64,000 nt of DNA from Pseudohongiellaceae bacterium (GTDB lineage Bacteria > Pseudomonadota > Gammaproteobacteria > Pseudomonadales > Pseudohongiellaceae). The DNA lies in contig JBBDLF010000038.1 in assembly GCA_040879025.1 (NCBI GenBank), forward strand, positions 75,875 through 139,874. The letters run 5' to 3'. The notes beneath the pieces were generated by a model. It worked only from the letters and a program-made list of their open reading frames with translations, had not been told where the DNA came from and did not search any database. Positions within the stretch are counted from its first letter, which is position 1, and every line of letters begins with the position of its first letter. The translations under genes were made by a program, and so were the position numbers. Below, in pieces: positions 58,396 through 64,000 of the stretch.

Positions 58396-58878
58396 ATGCC
58401 GTCTTTTGATATTGTATCCGAGGTGGATATGCATGAATTGAACAATGCACTGGATCAGGCCAACCGGGAAGTGGACACCCGGTTTGATTTCAAGGGAACC
58501 AATGCCCGGTTTGAACTGAAGGATTCGGTCATCACGCTTAATGCCGAAGTGGAATTTCAAATTCAGCAGATGATGGAAATTCTGAAAGGCAAACTGGTCA
58601 AACGTGATATCGATATTAAAAGTCTGGAGGCCGGAGAAGTGACGGTAACAGGGCAACGTGCGCAGATGCCCGTCACGGTAAAACAGGGCATCGAGGCGGA
58701 TCTGGCCCGGAAAATTGTCAAGATGGTGAAGGAAAAAAAATTGAAAGTGCAGACTGCAATACAAGGAGAAAAATTGCGGGTCACAGGTAAGAAACGTGAT
58801 GACCTGCAAGATGTGATCGCCATGCTGAAAGAAGCCAAACTAAACATTCCATTACAGTTCAACAATTTCCGTGACTAA
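58396..58878 (+). CDS. yajQ: YajQ family nucleotide (c-di-GMP)-binding protein
   Basis: MPSFDIVSEVDMHELNNALDQANREVDTRFDFKGT is a highly conserved UPF0234 N-terminus. 160 aa. Confidence 0.9.
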   Translation: MPSFDIVSEVDMHELNNALDQANREVDTRFDFKGTNARFELKDSVITLNAEVEFQIQQMMEILKGKLVKRDIDIKSLEAGEVTVTGQRAQMPVTVKQGIEADLARKIVKMVKEKKLKVQTAIQGEKLRVTGKKRDDLQDVIAMLKEAKLNIPLQFNNFRD

Positions 58879-60274
58879 TACCCAAACCAGTTCCTGGCGT
58901 GAAGCAATGCGCATCTACCTGCATCCTCGTGTGGCGTCGATGCTGTTCCTTGGCTTCTCGGCGGGACTACCCTACCTGCTGGTGTTTACCACGCTCACCG
59001 CCTGGCTCACCGAGGCTGGAGTCAGCCGCGCCAGTATTGGATTCTTTTCATGGATTGGCATTACGTATTCAATCAAGGTGCTGTGGGCGCCCGTGGTGGA
59101 TCGCCTGACATTACCGCTGTTGGGTGGTTTGCTGGGCAGACGGCGCAGTTGGATGCTGCTGGCACAATTGCTGATCGCGGGCGGGTTGACAGGCATGGCG
59201 CTCACCGATCCGGTTGAGGATTTGATGCGGGTGGCTATGTTTGCCTTGCTGGTGGCGTTCGGTTCCGCCACCCAGGATGTCGCCATAGATGCCTGGCGTA
59301 TTGAAGCGGTATCGGTGGAGCGACAGGCCGCCATGTCCGCCACCTATGTATTTGGCTATCGCGTGGCGCTGCTCGTGGCGGGCGCCGGTGCGCTGCACCT
59401 GGTGGCATTCGCTTCCTGGCCGGGAGTTTACCTTATCATGGCAGTGCTGGTCGGTGTGGGTATGGTGACAGTGCTGGTTTCCAGTGAACCCGCGGTGGAC
59501 CGCCAGACTGACGTTGTTTTTCTCGAGCAGCGGGTGCAGGATTATCTGGCCCGCAGCGGACACGTTCCTCCCGCATTGCGACACAGTATCGCCTGGTTGA
59601 TTGGTGCCGTGGTTTGCCCGTTCGTCGATTTCTTTCAGCGTTACGGCCGCCAGGCATTATTGCTGTTGCTCATCGTAGCTTGTTTTCGAATTACCGACAT
59701 CAGCATGGGGGCCATGGCTCTGCCATTTTACCTTGATCTGGGATTCAGCCGGGCGGAAATCGCCAATATCGCCGGAGTCTGGGGTGTAGCCATGACCATA
59801 CTCGGCGGCGCCACGGGCGGTTTGCTGGTACCCCGCTACGGTCTGTTACCGGTTTTGCTGGCGGGCGCCATTCTCGCCGCCGGCACTAATCTGCTGTTTT
59901 CCTTGATGGCGCTGGTTGGTCCTGAAAGCTGGATGCTGGCGGTCACGATCAGTGGTGATAACTTCTGCGGTGGTCTGGCCATGGCGGTGCTTATCGCATG
60001 GATGTCGAGCCTGGTCAATACCGCCTACACGGCAACCCAGTATGCCCTGTTCAGTTCCTTGATGACTCTGCCTGGTAAAATTATCGGTGGTTTCAGCGGA
60101 CTGGTAGTGGAGGGTTACGGCTATTTCCTGTTTTTCATTTACGTGACGCTGCTCGGTGTTCCGGTGATTCTTCTGATAGTCTACCTGATGCGCCGTCAGG
60201 CCCGCGCCTCGCAAGGCGGATCAGGCGCATCATGGAGCCTCTCGCGAAAGAGCCTGTCGCAGAAAATCCTGTAA
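58871..60274 (+). CDS. ampG: Muropeptide MFS permease AmpG
   Basis: YLHPRVASMLFLGFSAGLPYLL parallels E. coli YLRIFQQPRSAILLILGFASGLPLAL, with 12+ TM helices. The GTG at 58871 overlaps the yajQ end. An alternative ATG is at 58907. Confidence 0.85.
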   Translation: MTNTQTSSWREAMRIYLHPRVASMLFLGFSAGLPYLLVFTTLTAWLTEAGVSRASIGFFSWIGITYSIKVLWAPVVDRLTLPLLGGLLGRRRSWMLLAQLLIAGGLTGMALTDPVEDLMRVAMFALLVAFGSATQDVAIDAWRIEAVSVERQAAMSATYVFGYRVALLVAGAGALHLVAFASWPGVYLIMAVLVGVGMVTVLVSSEPAVDRQTDVVFLEQRVQDYLARSGHVPPALRHSIAWLIGAVVCPFVDFFQRYGRQALLLLLIVACFRITDISMGAMALPFYLDLGFSRAEIANIAGVWGVAMTILGGATGGLLVPRYGLLPVLLAGAILAAGTNLLFSLMALVGPESWMLAVTISGDNFCGGLAMAVLIAWMSSLVNTAYTATQYALFSSLMTLPGKIIGGFSGLVVEGYGYFLFFIYVTLLGVPVILLIVYLMRRQARASQGGSGASWSLSRKSLSQKIL

Positions 60275-60305
60275 TGCCAGCGTTCCCGTGCGTGCGAGCA
60301 GAGTA

Positions 60306-60617
60306 TCAGCGTTCTTCCGGGTACCACCCGTATTGCCGCAATGAAAGTTTGCCATTGACGAATTTGATTCCCTCCGCCTCGAGCCTGGAACGCTGCAACT
60401 GGTATTGCTCGCTGCCCCGCGGAAACGCCATGCGGCCATCGGACCGGACTACACGATGCCAGGGCAGCCGGGATCCTGCCGGCAGGTTTTTGAGGACGTG
60501 TCCGGCGAAACGGGAGTAGCCGGGCAAGGCCGCCAGCTTTGCCAGTTGCCCGTAGCTGACCGCTTTTCCGCGAGGAATCCGGTGCAGTACCTGCCATATC
60601 CTTTCCCGATTTTCCAC
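60306..60617 (-). CDS. Alkyltransferase-like protein (MGMT-fold DNA-binding domain, active-site Cys replaced by Trp)
   Basis: IPRGKAVSYGQLAKLAA and LPWHRVV (PWHR rather than PCHR), colinear with E. coli YbaZ/eATL. GTG start. Confidence 0.8.
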   Translation of the reverse strand: MENRERIWQVLHRIPRGKAVSYGQLAKLAALPGYSRFAGHVLKNLPAGSRLPWHRVVRSDGRMAFPRGSEQYQLQRSRLEAEGIKFVNGKLSLRQYGWYPEER

Positions 60618-60692
60618 CAGCGATGACTCCGAGGATTTTCAAACGCGCCTGTGATACGGTTATAGTATAATCTTTTGATTGAAGAGGGCCGA

Positions 60693-61229
60693 GTGCGATT
60701 CATCTTTCTGTTTTTTATTGTCGTACCCCTCGTCGAGATCATGCTGCTGTTCGAGGTCAGCGATCACATCGGCGGCCTCTGGACGATTTTGCTGGTTGTA
60801 CTTACCGCGGTGGTAGGCCTGCAAATTCTGAAGTTCCAGGGTTTTTCCACTATGTTGCGCGCAAACGAACGCTTGCGCAGTGGAGGGATACCTGCCCAGG
60901 AAGTTGTGGAAGGTTTGATGCTGGCCTTTGCCGGAGCGCTTCTGCTCACGCCGGGCTTTATAACGGACACACTTGGGTTTTTACTTCTGGTTGCGCCTCT
61001 GCGCCAGGCGGCCGCTGCCCGGATTATCAGGTCCGGTGTTGTGATGACCCTGGGCGGAAGGGTGGACGGAGGCATGAGCGCAAACCGGCCCGGAGGTGCG
61101 GGCATGTTCTGGCGTACCGGCAGAAAACGTGACAGCAGAGACGAAACCACGGTCGAAGGCGAGTATTACGAGGAATCCGGTAGCCTGGACGAGAACCCTC
61201 CATCGGATGACAAGCGGGACCCCGACTAG
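60693..61229 (+). CDS. fxsA: FxsA family inner-membrane protein
   Basis: The GTG at 60693 lies 5 nt after GAAGAGGG. FIFLFFIVVPLVEIMLLFEV...LTAVVGLQILKFQGF and LLLTPGFITDTLGFLLLVAP match the FxsA pattern. It has an acidic C-tail. Confidence 0.75.
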   Translation: MRFIFLFFIVVPLVEIMLLFEVSDHIGGLWTILLVVLTAVVGLQILKFQGFSTMLRANERLRSGGIPAQEVVEGLMLAFAGALLLTPGFITDTLGFLLLVAPLRQAAAARIIRSGVVMTLGGRVDGGMSANRPGGAGMFWRTGRKRDSRDETTVEGEYYEESGSLDENPPSDDKRDPD

Positions 61230-61285
61230 TCCCCCGGGCGGGGGTGGTACAGGATCAGACTGAACCGATTTTTTACAATCTGCCA

Positions 61286-61312
61286 TTGAAATCCCCTTGA
61301 TTGTCCCCATAA
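61286..61312 (+). promoter_or_regulatory. Putative sigma32 heat-shock promoter of groES-groEL
   Basis: TTGAAA (61286-61291), 13-nt spacer, CCCCATAA (61305-61312), matching CTTGAAA-N13-15-CCCCATNT. Confidence 0.5.
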
Positions 61313-61470
61313 AGGTCGCATGTCAGAAGCGCAGCCAGCCTGTTATGGCCAGATACCGCGTCTGTAAGACTTGACGATACGATTCGGAAGGCTCGATTAT
61401 CGCGGCCTGTCGGATTCGTATTGGAGTTTGGGTACCAACGGGTAAATTAATTGATTCAGGAGAATGTGTA

Positions 61471-61761
61471 ATGAAAATTCGACCTTTACATGACCGTGTC
61501 GTCGTGCGGCGCAAGGAAGAGGAGACAACCACAGCAGGCGGTATAGTTCTGCCGGGTTCCGCGGCTGAAAAGCCCGCCCAGGGCGAGGTCGTTGCAATAG
61601 GGCCGGGCCGGGTTCTCGACAATGGAGAAGTCCGCCCTGTGGATTTAAAAGTTGGTGATACAGTGGTTTTCGGTAAATATGCCAGTAACACTGTACAAGT
61701 CGGTGAGGACGAATTGCTGATTTTGAACGAAAGTGAAATATTCGGCGTTATTGAGAAGTAA
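61471..61761 (+). CDS. groES: Co-chaperonin GroES
   Basis: [35 protein letters not shown]. 96 aa. RBS AGGAGA. Confidence 0.97.
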   Translation: MKIRPLHDRVVVRRKEEETTTAGGIVLPGSAAEKPAQGEVVAIGPGRVLDNGEVRPVDLKVGDTVVFGKYASNTVQVGEDELLILNESEIFGVIEK

Positions 61762-61819
61762 GCTGCCGGTTCATCGGAATTCATCTTTAAAAAATCATCA
61801 TCAAAAATAGGATTATTGA

Positions 61820-63475
<1,656 letters not shown>

Positions 63476-63544
63476 GAATGCCGAACCCCGGAAGCGCGAC
63501 CAACGCTCCCGGATCAGCATGGAAGCTGACGTGACACAAGCGAA

Positions 63545-63572
63545 GGGTGGAACGAAAGTTCCACCCTTTTTT
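63545..63572 (+). terminator. Rho-independent terminator after groEL
   Basis: GGGTGGAAC-gaaa-GTTCCACCC followed by T6. Confidence 0.7.
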
Positions 63573-63617
63573 ACAGCCGGGAGTGTTTACAGCTCAGAGC
63601 GCGAATCGCGAAGGCTG

Positions 63618-64000
63618 TCATGCGCCGGACAGATTGCTACTGGCGAATTCCCAGTTGGCCAGATTCTCCAGGAACGAAGTCAGAAAATCCGGACGACGGT
63701 TCTGGAAATCCAGATAATAAGCGTGTTCCCAGACATCACAGACCAGTACCGGGGTTTTGCCTTCAGTGACTGGCGTGCCCGCATTCGCTGTTTTGACGAT
63801 TTCCAGTTTGTTGCTGTCGTCCACCAGCCACACCCAGCCGCTGCCGAACTGTCCGACACCGCCATTGATGAACTCGGTTTTGAATGCATCAAAACTGCCA
63901 AAATCCTTGTCGATGCGTTCGGCTATCGCTCCGGTTGGCTTTCCACCTCCGTCCGGACTGAGGCATTTCCAGAAAAAATCATGGTTATAATGCTGGCCCA
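63618..64000 (-). CDS. sodB: Fe superoxide dismutase, N-terminal part beyond window edge
   Basis: The minus-strand frame stays open to base 64000: GQHYNHDFFWKCLSPDGGGKPTG...GSGWVWLVDD...CDVWEHAYYLDFQNRRPDF. The ORF track shows only the part downstream of an internal GTG. Confidence 0.9.
   Translation of the reverse strand, partial: GQHYNHDFFWKCLSPDGGGKPTGAIAERIDKDFGSFDAFKTEFINGGVGQFGSGWVWLVDDSNKLEIVKTANAGTPVTEGKTPVLVCDVWEHAYYLDFQNRRPDFLTSFLENLANWEFASSNLSGA

Noticed and set aside
58156-58809. 217-aa minus-strand ORF overlapping yajQ.
   Set aside because: It is antisense to the highly conserved YajQ coding sequence and has a low-complexity Phe/His/Leu-rich translation. The upstream permease already has a clear start at 58159.

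Overview
This window is a chromosomal core region of a moderately GC-rich gammaproteobacterium, and its gene order closely parallels Pseudomonas-type genomes (recalled from memory, not searched).

Left to right it contains:
- zapE (5' end cut by the window edge), rplM-rpsI, and a bc1 operon made of petA plus a single fused petB-petC ORF.
- sspA-sspB.
- The minus-strand lpoA-yraN-diaA-dolP cluster, divergent from rsmI.
- RNase P RNA (rnpB).
- A complete dcw cluster: mraZ-rsmH-ftsL-ftsI-murE-murF-mraY-murD-ftsW-murG-murC-ddlB-ftsQ-ftsA-ftsZ.
- lpxC, an M23 peptidase, secA, argJ and a MutT-TenI fusion.
- An orphan secreted protein behind an AT-rich spacer.
- A minus-strand type IV pilus block: two tandem pilins, a pilin accessory-like membrane protein, pilB, pilC, pilD, coaE and yacG.
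- A monoheme cytochrome c, a secreted His-Me finger nuclease, nadC, a retropepsin-like protease and a DUF1631 protein.
- ampD-ampE, aceE-aceF, an ABC permease/ATPase pair with no binding protein, yajQ, ampG, an alkyltransferase-like (ATL) protein and fxsA.
- groES-groEL and sodB (cut by the window edge).

I saw no IS element, prophage, CRISPR array, toxin-antitoxin pair or recognisable defence system, and I did not find a convincing multi-gene novel system.

The most unusual points are:
- The cytochrome b-c1 fusion together with a non-canonical Rieske box.
- A 14-bp x4 tandem repeat that builds a chain of overlapping 5-codon mini-ORFs running into sspB.
- The orphan 681-aa secreted protein at the junction of two conserved blocks.
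- The pilin-accessory-nuclease neighbourhood.

All functional calls come from motif recognition by eye and recalled family knowledge. No searches or computations were run.
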